Assembly: GCA_008080735.1 (NCBI GenBank)
Contig: SHMW01000009.1
Span: 28,117-92,116, forward strand
Direction of reading: 5' to 3'
Source: Promethearchaeota archaeon
GTDB lineage: Archaea; Asgardarchaeota; Lokiarchaeia; Sigyniarchaeales; SOKP01
Length of the DNA stretch: 64,000 bases
The notes under the pieces were generated by a model. That model saw nothing but the letters and a program-made list of their open reading frames with translations, made no database searches and was not told the origin of the DNA. A program made the translations under genes and the position numbers. Positions 20,266 through 30,181 of this stretch are shown in pieces (the first letter of the stretch is position 1; the number at the start of each line of letters is the position of its first letter).

Positions 20266-22164
20266 ATGGAAAATATAGAGCATCTAACTTCAAATTGGAG
20301 AGATAAATGGAGAGATAAAGAGATAAGCGTGGAAAATGCTATAAAGAAGATTATACCAGGAAATCGGGTATTTATTGATTCAGGCTGTTCTGAACCCCAA
20401 TCACTCACCAAAGAGTTAATGAGACAATCAGAAAGATTAGTCGATACCGAAATCATCCATTTTCTAACCATTGGTCCCGAAAAATATTTTCCAAAACATA
20501 AACGAGAAGATGCTTTTAGACACAACGCACTCTTTATCGGCGACACACTACGAGAGGAAGTAAATAGTGGACAAGCCGATTATACACCGATACACGTGAG
20601 TGAAATCCCAAAGTTAATTAAATCAGGACGGAGATATATTGATGTGGCTTTAATCCAAGTATCTCCCCCAGATCAATACGGTTTTTGCTCCTTAGGGATA
20701 AATGTAGATATTGCTAAGCCAATTGCCCAAACCGCATATCTTACGATTGCAGAAATAAACCCGCAAATGCCCAGAACATTAGGTAGTAGCTTTATTCATT
20801 TAAAAGAGATAGATAATTTTATCTATCACGACCACCCTTTATTAGAATTTAAATTTGATGAGCCTACTGAAATTGTGGATAAGCTAGGTCAGAATTTATC
20901 CAATTTGGTTCAAAATAAGTCCACTATTCATATAGGATTTGGAGATTTACCCAATAATATTTTGGAATACCTTTCAAATAAGAAAGATTTAGGTATGCAT
21001 TCACATTATATAACCGATGCGATTATTCCATTGATAGAAGACGGTATTTTGACATGTCGCAAGAAAAACTTCCATCCCGAAAAAATCATCACGAGTTTCG
21101 CTTTGGGTTCACAGAAGCTATATGATTTTGTTGATAATAATCCCTATATAGAATTTTATCCATCAGATTATGTGTGTAATCCAAAATATATAAGTAAAAA
21201 CAAAAATATGGTCTCAATTAATTCTGCCCGACAGATCGACTTAACTGGACAAGTAAATGCGGCAACCGAGGGCTATTCATTTTATTCGGGATTCGGAGAG
21301 ACAGTGGATTTTATTCGAGGAGCCGCCTTTTCAAAGGGTGGAAAGCCCATCATCATTATGCCTTCTGTTACAAGAGACGGAAAACATTCGAGAGTTGTTT
21401 CGCATTTAGATGAGGGTGCGGGAATTTTATTATCACGAGGAGATGTGCATTATGTGGTGACAGAATGGGGTGTTGCATATTTACATGGTAAATCAATTCG
21501 AGAACGTGTAATTGAACTAATAAGCATTGCCCACCCTAATTTTAGAGAGCAATTATTAAAAGAGGCAAAGACTCTGAATTATATTTATTCAGATCAAATG
21601 CTCCCTGTAGACACGGAGGGAAATATTGTACGATATCCCAGAGAATATGAAACGATATATAAGACTAAAGAAGGAGAGGAAATCTCAATCCGTCCTTTAA
21701 AAACAACGGACGAGGATTTACTTAAAGATTTATACTATTCTCTTGATGAAAGGGATAGATATTTACGATTTTTCGAAGTTCGAAATGAATTTGCTCATAA
21801 AAAGACTCAAAATGAGGTTAATATCGATTATAATAATGTGTTTTCGATAGGGGCTTTTGTTGGTGAGATAGGGAATGAAAAAATGATTGGGAACGCAACC
21901 TATTATTATAATCCGAATCAAAATTCTGCCGAGTTTAGTTTTGTGGTCCATAAAGATTGGAGAGGAATCGGATTAGGCTCATATCTCTATAACTATATGA
22001 TAATTATTGCGAAAGAGAAAGGAATTCAATCATTCTATGGTAATATCCATATCGAAAATAAAAAGACGGTACATGTTATTAAGAAAGCAGGAAAAGTTAA
22101 GATTACGCCCCCCGAACTTGGTGGTAAGGAATTATTTTATGAAGTCGATTTCGAGGAGGTATAG
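20266..22164 (+). CDS. acetyl-CoA hydrolase/CoA-transferase fused to C-terminal GNAT acetyltransferase
   Basis: VALIQVSPPD.GFCSLG, DFIRGA..SKGG, DVHYVVTEWG; C-terminal YLRFF, AEFSFVV and WRGIGLG. Confidence 0.9.
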   Translation: MENIEHLTSNWRDKWRDKEISVENAIKKIIPGNRVFIDSGCSEPQSLTKELMRQSERLVDTEIIHFLTIGPEKYFPKHKREDAFRHNALFIGDTLREEVNSGQADYTPIHVSEIPKLIKSGRRYIDVALIQVSPPDQYGFCSLGINVDIAKPIAQTAYLTIAEINPQMPRTLGSSFIHLKEIDNFIYHDHPLLEFKFDEPTEIVDKLGQNLSNLVQNKSTIHIGFGDLPNNILEYLSNKKDLGMHSHYITDAIIPLIEDGILTCRKKNFHPEKIITSFALGSQKLYDFVDNNPYIEFYPSDYVCNPKYISKNKNMVSINSARQIDLTGQVNAATEGYSFYSGFGETVDFIRGAAFSKGGKPIIIMPSVTRDGKHSRVVSHLDEGAGILLSRGDVHYVVTEWGVAYLHGKSIRERVIELISIAHPNFREQLLKEAKTLNYIYSDQMLPVDTEGNIVRYPREYETIYKTKEGEEISIRPLKTTDEDLLKDLYYSLDERDRYLRFFEVRNEFAHKKTQNEVNIDYNNVFSIGAFVGEIGNEKMIGNATYYYNPNQNSAEFSFVVHKDWRGIGLGSYLYNYMIIIAKEKGIQSFYGNIHIENKKTVHVIKKAGKVKITPPELGGKELFYEVDFEEV

Positions 22165-22283
22165 AAAGATAAGAATTAAAAGGGCCTCAAAAAGACAAAA
22201 TTGACTGTGTCGGTTTTATTAAAGTGAGAATTCGGTTATAGTACCACAGAAGATTATTTCAGCTACGTTTAATTGTTATTATT

Positions 22284-22985
22284 ATGAATTCACAAGAGAA
22301 ACTGAAGAATTTAGAGAGTTGGGATCAAAAGCAAATTTTAAAATATAATGGATATGGGGGGAGATTTTTCACTTATATACTACGAGTTGTTTCTTTTGTG
22401 GGAAGAGAAACTATCTGGTTATTTTTAATTGTGTATTTTTCTTTTATTTGGTTTGATCCGAGATCTTTCTCATATATTGGAATTGGGTATCTATTGGGAA
22501 TTATAATAATTGTTCCAATTAAGCAAATTATAAGGAGAAAAAGACCTTCCAGTGTACTTGAAGATATTGTGCTTTACGAACGTAAATCAACCTCGGGTAG
22601 TTTTCCATCTTGGCATTCTTATAACGCTGCGTCTCAAGCCATTATTATAGGATATATCATATCATCCCCAATTATGTTATTCCTCTTATTAGGAGGCGCG
22701 GGAGTGATAGCATTTTCCCGAGTCCAATTGGGAAGTCATTATCCTTCAGACGCAATAGTAGGATATATAATTGGAATTATCGGTGCAATTATAACGATTC
22801 TTTTTCTTGGCCCTCTCCTATTTAATCTAATACTTCAATTAAATAATCTTAGTACCATCCAGTTCGAGTTTTATACATTTAATTCACTTCTCTATACAAA
22901 TATTCTATATTTGATAATGTGTGTTATGATTTTTGGTAGTATAATCTTATTGTCTAGCCTTCGATATATAAAGGGGCTTTTATAA
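22284..22985 (+). CDS. PAP2 family membrane phosphatase
   Basis: K...RRKRP, SFPSWH and SRVQLGSHYPSD. Confidence 0.9.
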   Translation: MNSQEKLKNLESWDQKQILKYNGYGGRFFTYILRVVSFVGRETIWLFLIVYFSFIWFDPRSFSYIGIGYLLGIIIIVPIKQIIRRKRPSSVLEDIVLYERKSTSGSFPSWHSYNAASQAIIIGYIISSPIMLFLLLGGAGVIAFSRVQLGSHYPSDAIVGYIIGIIGAIITILFLGPLLFNLILQLNNLSTIQFEFYTFNSLLYTNILYLIMCVMIFGSIILLSSLRYIKGLL

Positions 22986-23025
22986 ATAAATTAACCCGAT
23001 TAAAAAATGAAATATGCATGAAAAA

Positions 23026-24267
23026 TTAGCGTTCCAATTGCTTTTTCTTATTAAATAAGTCTTTAAGCTCATTTAGAACTTGACCTCTCACATTTTGTTC
23101 GCTTGTCTCTTTAATCTGATCAGATGTCCTAATCTCGAGAGGGACTCCAGACTGAGCTATATGAAATGCTCCACTTTCAATGGCATTTAAACGAGCATCT
23201 ATCTCATTCAATTGTTCAGATATACTTTCTGAGAGGCGGATAACACCATTCATAACTTCTTCTAAGGTCTGAGCTAAACCTTCCACTTTCCTAACAGTAG
23301 GATCTGTGAGGGAAAAATTCGCATTGAGCACATCTTTCAAGTACTTAGAAAATTCAGGTTCGCGAGCGAATTTTGAATATATAGAGCTTAGATAAGTCTC
23401 ATAATCAAAATCGAAATTGTGCTCTTTAAAAAGGTCTTTTATTTTTTGTTTAAGAAGTTCGACATTTAATTTAATTTTTGGATCGTTTTTTATGTCGGGA
23501 TCGTGTTTATGGATTAAAATCAAAATATAAGGGGCTTCCTCTAATAATTCCAAATAATTTAAAATGTCGTCAAAATAATCGAATGATTCATCAAATCGTT
23601 CTGGATCTTGTACATCTATTACATAAATGAGCAAGTCAGTTTGGAGAAAATATTTTTCTGGATCTTGAAGATATTTATCCCGATAGGATTTCTGACCACC
23701 AAAATCCCAAATGAATAAATCCAAATTTGGTCTGTTAAGAGTTTGACGATTTACTCCTTTAGTGGGTTCTAAATTAGATAATTTTTCAATTCCTTTTTCG
23801 AGCCCAACTTTCGATATTATAGCAGTCTTACCTGCGTTATCTAATCCAATAATTATGATTTTCTGCGTTTCTTTGTCTAAAATTTCTCCTTCTCCTTCAA
23901 TTTCCAATAATAAGGAAGAAAGAGTAATGGCTTTTTGTAGATTCGTTTCAAGATTTTCATACTTTTTTTTATATATCTCAATTTTAATTTCAACATCTTG
24001 AGAGAGATTTTCTTTCTTGGTTTTAGTTTGTTCCTCGATATACGTTTTTAAGGGTTCTTTTTTATCTAATTTACCTAATTCTTCTATATATGAGGCTTTT
24101 AATATTTCTGTAATAATTCTCGCTTCATTTTTTTCTAAAAATTTATAAGCAGAGATGGGAAGCTTCAATATTTCTTCTATTGATTCAAACTCACTATTTT
24201 GGTGCTCCTCACTCAAAAATCTTTTAAAGACTTCTATGACTGCTGAAGGTTTTGCTTCTGAAGAAAT
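23026..24267 (-). CDS. Arf/Rag-like small GTPase with N- and C-terminal helical extensions
   Basis: GLDNAGKT, PTKG, WDFGGQ and HKHD; open frame extends to a probable ATT start at 24267. Confidence 0.85.
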   Translation of the reverse strand: MSSEAKPSAVIEVFKRFLSEEHQNSEFESIEEILKLPISAYKFLEKNEARIITEILKASYIEELGKLDKKEPLKTYIEEQTKTKKENLSQDVEIKIEIYKKKYENLETNLQKAITLSSLLLEIEGEGEILDKETQKIIIIGLDNAGKTAIISKVGLEKGIEKLSNLEPTKGVNRQTLNRPNLDLFIWDFGGQKSYRDKYLQDPEKYFLQTDLLIYVIDVQDPERFDESFDYFDDILNYLELLEEAPYILILIHKHDPDIKNDPKIKLNVELLKQKIKDLFKEHNFDFDYETYLSSIYSKFAREPEFSKYLKDVLNANFSLTDPTVRKVEGLAQTLEEVMNGVIRLSESISEQLNEIDARLNAIESGAFHIAQSGVPLEIRTSDQIKETSEQNVRGQVLNELKDLFNKKKQLER

Positions 24268-24706
24268 TTCGATTCACGACCTCTTTATTAACTAATTATA
24301 GCAATTAAACCATCTAACCTAAAAAAATTTTAGATTTTTTAGGATAAATCAAGCTTATGACTTTATATAAATTTTTGAATATATAAATTTATTAGAATTC
24401 TGAAAATTGTTGGACTAATACCAGCAAATATTATAATACGATTAAATTTTGGAAATATTAGTAATTTCTTTTTCTCATATTATTAAAAATTTCAATTATG
24501 GTGTAGTAGATCATCTGCTCACTCTATATATTAAATTATTAGAAAGACAAAACAGAATGCTCTAGTTGATTTAAATATTGTATCCGTCTTTTTTGAGAAT
24601 ATGTAAAAAAAATATCGATAGAGAATTACATTTATATATATAACAATATAAATAGTATATATTGTGCGATTTTGATTTCCAATATTGGTCATTATTCTAA
24701 GAAGAC

Positions 24707-25621
24707 ATGCCATCTAAAAATGATAACGAGGATTTCTTGGAATTAGATGAAAAAATTCCATGTTGTGATTCTCCCAAAATATCGGAAGAGGATGGATATT
24801 ATGTCTGTTTAAATTGTGGGCTTGTGTTTTCAAGGATATTGGATGACTCTCCTCGTAGAGCATTCACTGCTGAAGAGATAGAAAAGCGGAAAAGTAATGA
24901 AAGAGTATATAGTCCGATTGGTCCTCGAACAATTATACGTGGAAATCGGGATGCTCGAGGCTCCTTATTGAGTCCGAAATTTAAGTCAAAATTCAATAGA
25001 CTAGCCAAAATTCATAGATCTTTGACCACGAGTTTTGAACGAAATTTGTGGATTGCTTTACCTAATTTACAGAGATTACAGAAGAAATTAAGCATCCCGG
25101 ATCAAGTGGCAGAAGATGCCTTACGAATTTATACCCAGACAGTTAAAAAGAAATTGACTATGGGGCGCTCAATTGATACACTATTGTCAGCATCCATTTT
25201 TTGTGCTTTGAGAGTTCATGGAATCCCAAGAACCCTAGAAGAAATTACAAATGCTGCCCAAATTACCAAAAAAAAAGTGATAAAAAGTTATCGCCTTATT
25301 CTGATGGAAATTTTACCAAAACTTAAGCTTAAAGTCCAACATTTTACCTCAGATCGTTATGTTGATAAATTTAATGATGAGCTGAATCTGTCTATGAAAT
25401 GTAGAAATATTGCTGTTAAAATGATAAAAAAAGCCAAGAAAAATGGGTTTAATTCCGCTGGGAAAGACCCTAAGGGGATAGCGGCGGCATCGCTTTATAT
25501 TGCGTCTAAATTGTGTGATGAAAACAAAACTCAAAAAGAAATCTCTGATTTAGCCCAGATCACAGAAGTTACTTTAAGAATGCGAGTTAAGGATCTTAAT
25601 AAATACAATAAAATTGATTGA
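24707..25621 (+). CDS. tfb: transcription initiation factor IIB (TFB) paralog
   Basis: Zn ribbon CC...CLNCG, two cyclin repeats, GRS, GKDP.GIAAASLY, TQKEI...TEVTLR. Confidence 0.92.
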   Translation: MPSKNDNEDFLELDEKIPCCDSPKISEEDGYYVCLNCGLVFSRILDDSPRRAFTAEEIEKRKSNERVYSPIGPRTIIRGNRDARGSLLSPKFKSKFNRLAKIHRSLTTSFERNLWIALPNLQRLQKKLSIPDQVAEDALRIYTQTVKKKLTMGRSIDTLLSASIFCALRVHGIPRTLEEITNAAQITKKKVIKSYRLILMEILPKLKLKVQHFTSDRYVDKFNDELNLSMKCRNIAVKMIKKAKKNGFNSAGKDPKGIAAASLYIASKLCDENKTQKEISDLAQITEVTLRMRVKDLNKYNKID

Positions 25622-25650
25622 AAGATAGGAAAAGTTTTAAAAATCTTCGA

Positions 25651-28600
25651 TTATAATTCTATCGGCAACAAACTTTCTTCTTCTTCAAAAAGTGGGAGAT
25701 TACGAAGCATTTGATTTATGGTGGATAAGAATTTGTTGATATCATATTCTATTAGGTCAATGATGAATTGTATCATCATAAGGGTAAATAATTCACTTAC
25801 TATACCACGCGATATACCCAATGAATTCAGAAAAGATTCAACATTTTTTTTTACATCGCTTAGCGCAATATTGGTTTTTTTAGAGCATATTACATACAAT
25901 AATAACATTAATGATCCCATTTTATAATCTTTCCGTCCAGCAAATTTCTTTGCTAAATCTAAATACTCTGTTGATGCCTCTTCTAACGCTCCCTTTGATA
26001 AATGCTCCAATATAATATCGTAATATCGTTTCCTCATAGCGCTTCTCTTTTTAAACATCTCCTTAAATTCAGAGCGATTATCTTTTAGTTTCTGATTTAT
26101 TATATCTATTTTTTGATTAAGTTCGCGTAATTTTTTAGACTTTTCTTCTTTCTCTTCTTTTGATAAAAGTTTTTTAGGGGATTTAAATTCAAGATCTTGT
26201 TCTAAATACGACTTTATAAGGTTTTTTTCCATTTCGAATAATATAAGATTATCCTTGAAAAAATTAAGCGAAAGTTGTATCAAATCATCAATTTTAGCTT
26301 GCCACGCTTTCAAAAATTCTTTTAAAAGCCTAATTTCTGGAAGTGTTGAAAGTCGTGTATGTTCACCCAATAATTTTTCCAGATTAGTATATGCTATCTC
26401 CTCATGTTCGTTAAATATAAAAATTAACGTAGAAAGTATCAAACACACAGCCGCATGTTTTTCAAAATCTTTATCAATAAGTTCCTGAATGAGATCATTA
26501 TAAGTTGATGCTGCTTTTATATATTCATCTTTATTTATGTTTTCCAAAATACCCTCATAATATCTCTTTTTCATTAGCTTCCGTTTTGCTATATCTTGCT
26601 TATCCCTTTGTATATTTTCAGATATGTTAATAATATTCTTTTTTACCGTGTCTTTATCTAGTTCGGTAGATTCTTCTGGTTTAGATGTGGGTTCTCCAAC
26701 ATATTCGACACCTAAGATATCATATAGGAGTTTTTTCTCCTCCTCAAATAGAGGCAGATTTTCAATAAAAGACAATGCTTCTTCTAATTTATTCTGATCC
26801 TTTGCTTTATGGAGATCAATAATATATTCAACTAATAATACAGGAAATGTATCCAAAAAGAGTTGATTTGAAGAAGTGAGAGATTTAATATACTTAGCAA
26901 AGGCTTTTATCTTATCTTGTTTTATTCGAATCAGTGAAAGAATTGCGAGTGATACTGCCGCAAGATAATATTTTCGAAGATCATTCATTTTTTCTACAGT
27001 ATTTTTATAAATTTCTGCTGCTTTCTCATATTCTTCATTTTCTAATAGTTTAAGACCTTCGTTAAAATATGCTCGTTTTAATCCTTTTCGCTGCCTTAAT
27101 TCAAATTCTTTATCCAACCGGGCATCTTGTGATTTTTTTTTTATAATTGATAATCTTTCTTGTAATGATTTCTTTTTCAGCGCCGCTTCAACTTCTTTAG
27201 CCCGAGAGGCGATCATTTCCTCTTCTGAGCTTGATAATTTATTGTAAACTTCTTTTTTATAGAATTTATCTTCAATTTTATCCAGATAACTTAAAGCGGA
27301 AGATAAATCTCCTAATTCAATGAATTGTTCGGAAATAACTTTATATATTTCGTCAAAGTCAGGTTCGTAATTTTCCAAATATGCATTTGAAATATTTTGT
27401 GCTCTCTTTATTAATTCAATTGCATAATTTATGCTTGATCGACTCTCCTCTCGCTTAATACTATTTAAAGCTTCTTTATTTATGATTGTGATGAATAGTT
27501 TGCTTAGTTCTTGAGATTGTTCATAAAGCATTTGATCTCGATATATTGAATTGGCTTTCTCTAGCAAGTCTTCAATTTTTTCATAACTGGATATCTCACT
27601 TAATTGCTTTATACTTTCTATTAAAAATGGAAATGCTTGTTTAAGATATTCCTTTTTAATTGTTTTAGTTTTTATCATCAGATAGGTATCAAAAAATTTT
27701 TCTATTTGATTTCCTTCTAATAAAATGTTCAAAGATTCACATAAGAGATCATCAGCTATCTTTTGCTCTCCAATATTTATAAGTTCTCTTGCATGAGATT
27801 CTAAGTAAGCTGCCGCTCTTATATAATGGTTTTTTTCTACGAGCGTATTAGCGTTTTTCAGTTTTTCTTTATTTAGAGATTCAATTAGTTCATTTTCTGA
27901 TTTCATAAAGGAATTGATAATCTCAATTCCCTCTTTTAAATCTCTTTGTAGAGCTTCTCTTCGTAATTTTTTATTCTCATCTTCTACTTCAGAAGTATAT
28001 TCTGTTAATTCCTTTTTAAGAGCTAAAGAATCAATTTCATTTAGTAGGTACGTTGCCATTCCAAAGTCTTGTTTATGTAGGAATTGTTTTATGATTTCTT
28101 CTAAATGTTCATCTAGATTAATTTTTTCCACATCAAATGCTTCCCACATATTTTCGATCTCATCATAAGTTTTCTTCGCTTCATAGGTTTCCTTATTGTT
28201 GATATTTTTTTCCAATATCTTAATTAATATTTCAACGAGTTTATCAGTGAATTTTTCCATTGATTCAAAAAGGCCTTCCCTCTGATAGGTGTGGATGCTA
28301 ATATATAATTGTTCCCTTGCTGCTCTCAAATTACCAATCGAAACGAGATAATCTGCCGCTGATAATACTTTTTCTGTTAAATCTTCCAGAGTCTGTTTTA
28401 TTTCTTGATGAGGTAATCTCTCTAATATAGTAAATGCATTTTCTACTCGACACGCAGATATCCAAGAATTTATCGCCAATTTAAATGATTTTATAATTAA
28501 ATCTTTATTTTTAAGTTCGATTAAAGACCATTGGGCAGCACTTTCATATTGACGTGCGGCAAACTCATAATCGCCCTTTGTAAATAATTTATTCCCTTCA

Positions 28601-29358
28601 CGTATCATTGTCTCAGCATATAAGCGTTTATATTCTTTAGCTTTTCGCTTGTTTACATCTTCTATGATTTGAGCAGCTTCTAAAAAAAGATTCATTTGAG
28701 AATATAAATATGCCGCTTGTTCGCTGATAATATAATAATCTTCTCGTTCAAATATATTACTAATAAAAGCTGCTTTTTTAATTGACTTTGCGGCCTCATA
28801 AAAATTACGGTTTTCGTAATAATAATTCGCCTGCATTATTAGGATGGGAAATCGAAGCCATGCGTTTTCAAGATCTAAAGGATTATCACCCGAAATCATT
28901 GCAGAACACAGACAATGAAGTGCTTGACGGAAGTCTTTCGGGTGGAGATTGACAAATGTTTCATAATCAGGATATCTTATCCATGATTCTTCCAACAATT
29001 CTGTGATTGAGATGGAAAGGATACCATCTTCATTATAATACATTAAAATGGTTGGAATATCTCTTTTAATTTTTTTGAAAATGTCAAGAATAATTTGAAA
29101 TAATTCTCTTTCTTGGTTATCTAAAGGATTCATAAAGTATAATATACCATCCACACTAGGTATAATCTCATCAAAGTTAGCAGTTTCGCTGGTAACCACA
29201 TCTATTTCTAAATCACATATATTTTCTAAAACATGAAGTTCTCGGTTCCATTTCACGAAAGTTTCTTTATCTTTTCCCATCTCATTTAGGGCTGTTGAAA
29301 CATAAGGTAAAGATAGATCAGAATTACCCAACACTAAGATTCTAAAAATATATCTCAT
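25651..29358 (-). CDS. large alpha-solenoid (TPR/SNAP-like) protein with degenerate GTPase-like N-terminus
   Basis: 1235 aa, mostly helical, A..Y..AA repeats, three C-terminal repeats ending L(P/I)LFE.E. Confidence 0.7.
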   Translation of the reverse strand: MRYIFRILVLGNSDLSLPYVSTALNEMGKDKETFVKWNRELHVLENICDLEIDVVTSETANFDEIIPSVDGILYFMNPLDNQERELFQIILDIFKKIKRDIPTILMYYNEDGILSISITELLEESWIRYPDYETFVNLHPKDFRQALHCLCSAMISGDNPLDLENAWLRFPILIMQANYYYENRNFYEAAKSIKKAAFISNIFEREDYYIISEQAAYLYSQMNLFLEAAQIIEDVNKRKAKEYKRLYAETMIREGNKLFTKGDYEFAARQYESAAQWSLIELKNKDLIIKSFKLAINSWISACRVENAFTILERLPHQEIKQTLEDLTEKVLSAADYLVSIGNLRAAREQLYISIHTYQREGLFESMEKFTDKLVEILIKILEKNINNKETYEAKKTYDEIENMWEAFDVEKINLDEHLEEIIKQFLHKQDFGMATYLLNEIDSLALKKELTEYTSEVEDENKKLRREALQRDLKEGIEIINSFMKSENELIESLNKEKLKNANTLVEKNHYIRAAAYLESHARELINIGEQKIADDLLCESLNILLEGNQIEKFFDTYLMIKTKTIKKEYLKQAFPFLIESIKQLSEISSYEKIEDLLEKANSIYRDQMLYEQSQELSKLFITIINKEALNSIKREESRSSINYAIELIKRAQNISNAYLENYEPDFDEIYKVISEQFIELGDLSSALSYLDKIEDKFYKKEVYNKLSSSEEEMIASRAKEVEAALKKKSLQERLSIIKKKSQDARLDKEFELRQRKGLKRAYFNEGLKLLENEEYEKAAEIYKNTVEKMNDLRKYYLAAVSLAILSLIRIKQDKIKAFAKYIKSLTSSNQLFLDTFPVLLVEYIIDLHKAKDQNKLEEALSFIENLPLFEEEKKLLYDILGVEYVGEPTSKPEESTELDKDTVKKNIINISENIQRDKQDIAKRKLMKKRYYEGILENINKDEYIKAASTYNDLIQELIDKDFEKHAAVCLILSTLIFIFNEHEEIAYTNLEKLLGEHTRLSTLPEIRLLKEFLKAWQAKIDDLIQLSLNFFKDNLILFEMEKNLIKSYLEQDLEFKSPKKLLSKEEKEEKSKKLRELNQKIDIINQKLKDNRSEFKEMFKKRSAMRKRYYDIILEHLSKGALEEASTEYLDLAKKFAGRKDYKMGSLMLLLYVICSKKTNIALSDVKKNVESFLNSLGISRGIVSELFTLMMIQFIIDLIEYDINKFLSTINQMLRNLPLFEEEESLLPIEL

Positions 29359-29487
29359 ATCAATTATTTAAAAATGTTTTTCCTTTATGATTTCTTTACT
29401 ACTATAAGATATAGTATGAAATATTAAAGAATATTTTTATTTCAAGAACAACTTTTAAATACATAATATTGTGAGGAATAGACAGTA

Positions 29488-30141
29488 ATGGACTACGTGG
29501 AAAGAAATTATGAGATTTTAGAGCAAAAAATGATTGAGAGTATGGAAAATGCTCTGGAATTTGGACGGGAACTAATAGATTCCGAACTCGATGCGGGGTT
29601 TTTTAACGCTCTTGTTAAACCTGTATTAAAAACCTTTTATGATTATTGGTGTGATAAGGACGCGCGGACGGGAACCAAAAAACAGATAAAAGTTACATTG
29701 GACATTGCCAAAAAAATGGTTGAGAATGGCTCAGATGAAAAATTTGAAAACTTAATTGAGGATAATTTTCAAGAATATCTTAGTGGGGATCAAACCTATA
29801 TTTATTGTAGTAAGAATCATAAGAATTTTGAAAGGTTAAAAAAAATTACTAAAAAGTGTTTTGTCTCGCAAGTAAAAGATGCAGTACGATTTCTAAAAGT
29901 TCAAGATAATGTAAGTTCTTATAATGAATTAACTCGTACTGTGTTTGAAACGAAAGATGAGGCATACGATTCCCTGTCCCGACAATTGGATTTTAATGAT
30001 GAGGGAATACGAATTGTTGAAGAAGATCCTTCCATCTTGACTGTTCCTACAGGAAAAAAAATAATCCTAAAAATTCTACGAAAAGGATTTGAAGAAACTA
30101 AGAGAGAATTGATTAATCGTTTGGACGAGATCTATTGCTAA
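29488..30141 (+). CDS. hypothetical helical protein
   Basis: 217-aa ORF with ATG start. Confidence 0.75.
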   Translation: MDYVERNYEILEQKMIESMENALEFGRELIDSELDAGFFNALVKPVLKTFYDYWCDKDARTGTKKQIKVTLDIAKKMVENGSDEKFENLIEDNFQEYLSGDQTYIYCSKNHKNFERLKKITKKCFVSQVKDAVRFLKVQDNVSSYNELTRTVFETKDEAYDSLSRQLDFNDEGIRIVEEDPSILTVPTGKKIILKILRKGFEETKRELINRLDEIYC

Positions 30142-30181
30142 ATTCATTGAATTGAATTACTATATATAGTCTTACTGAATT

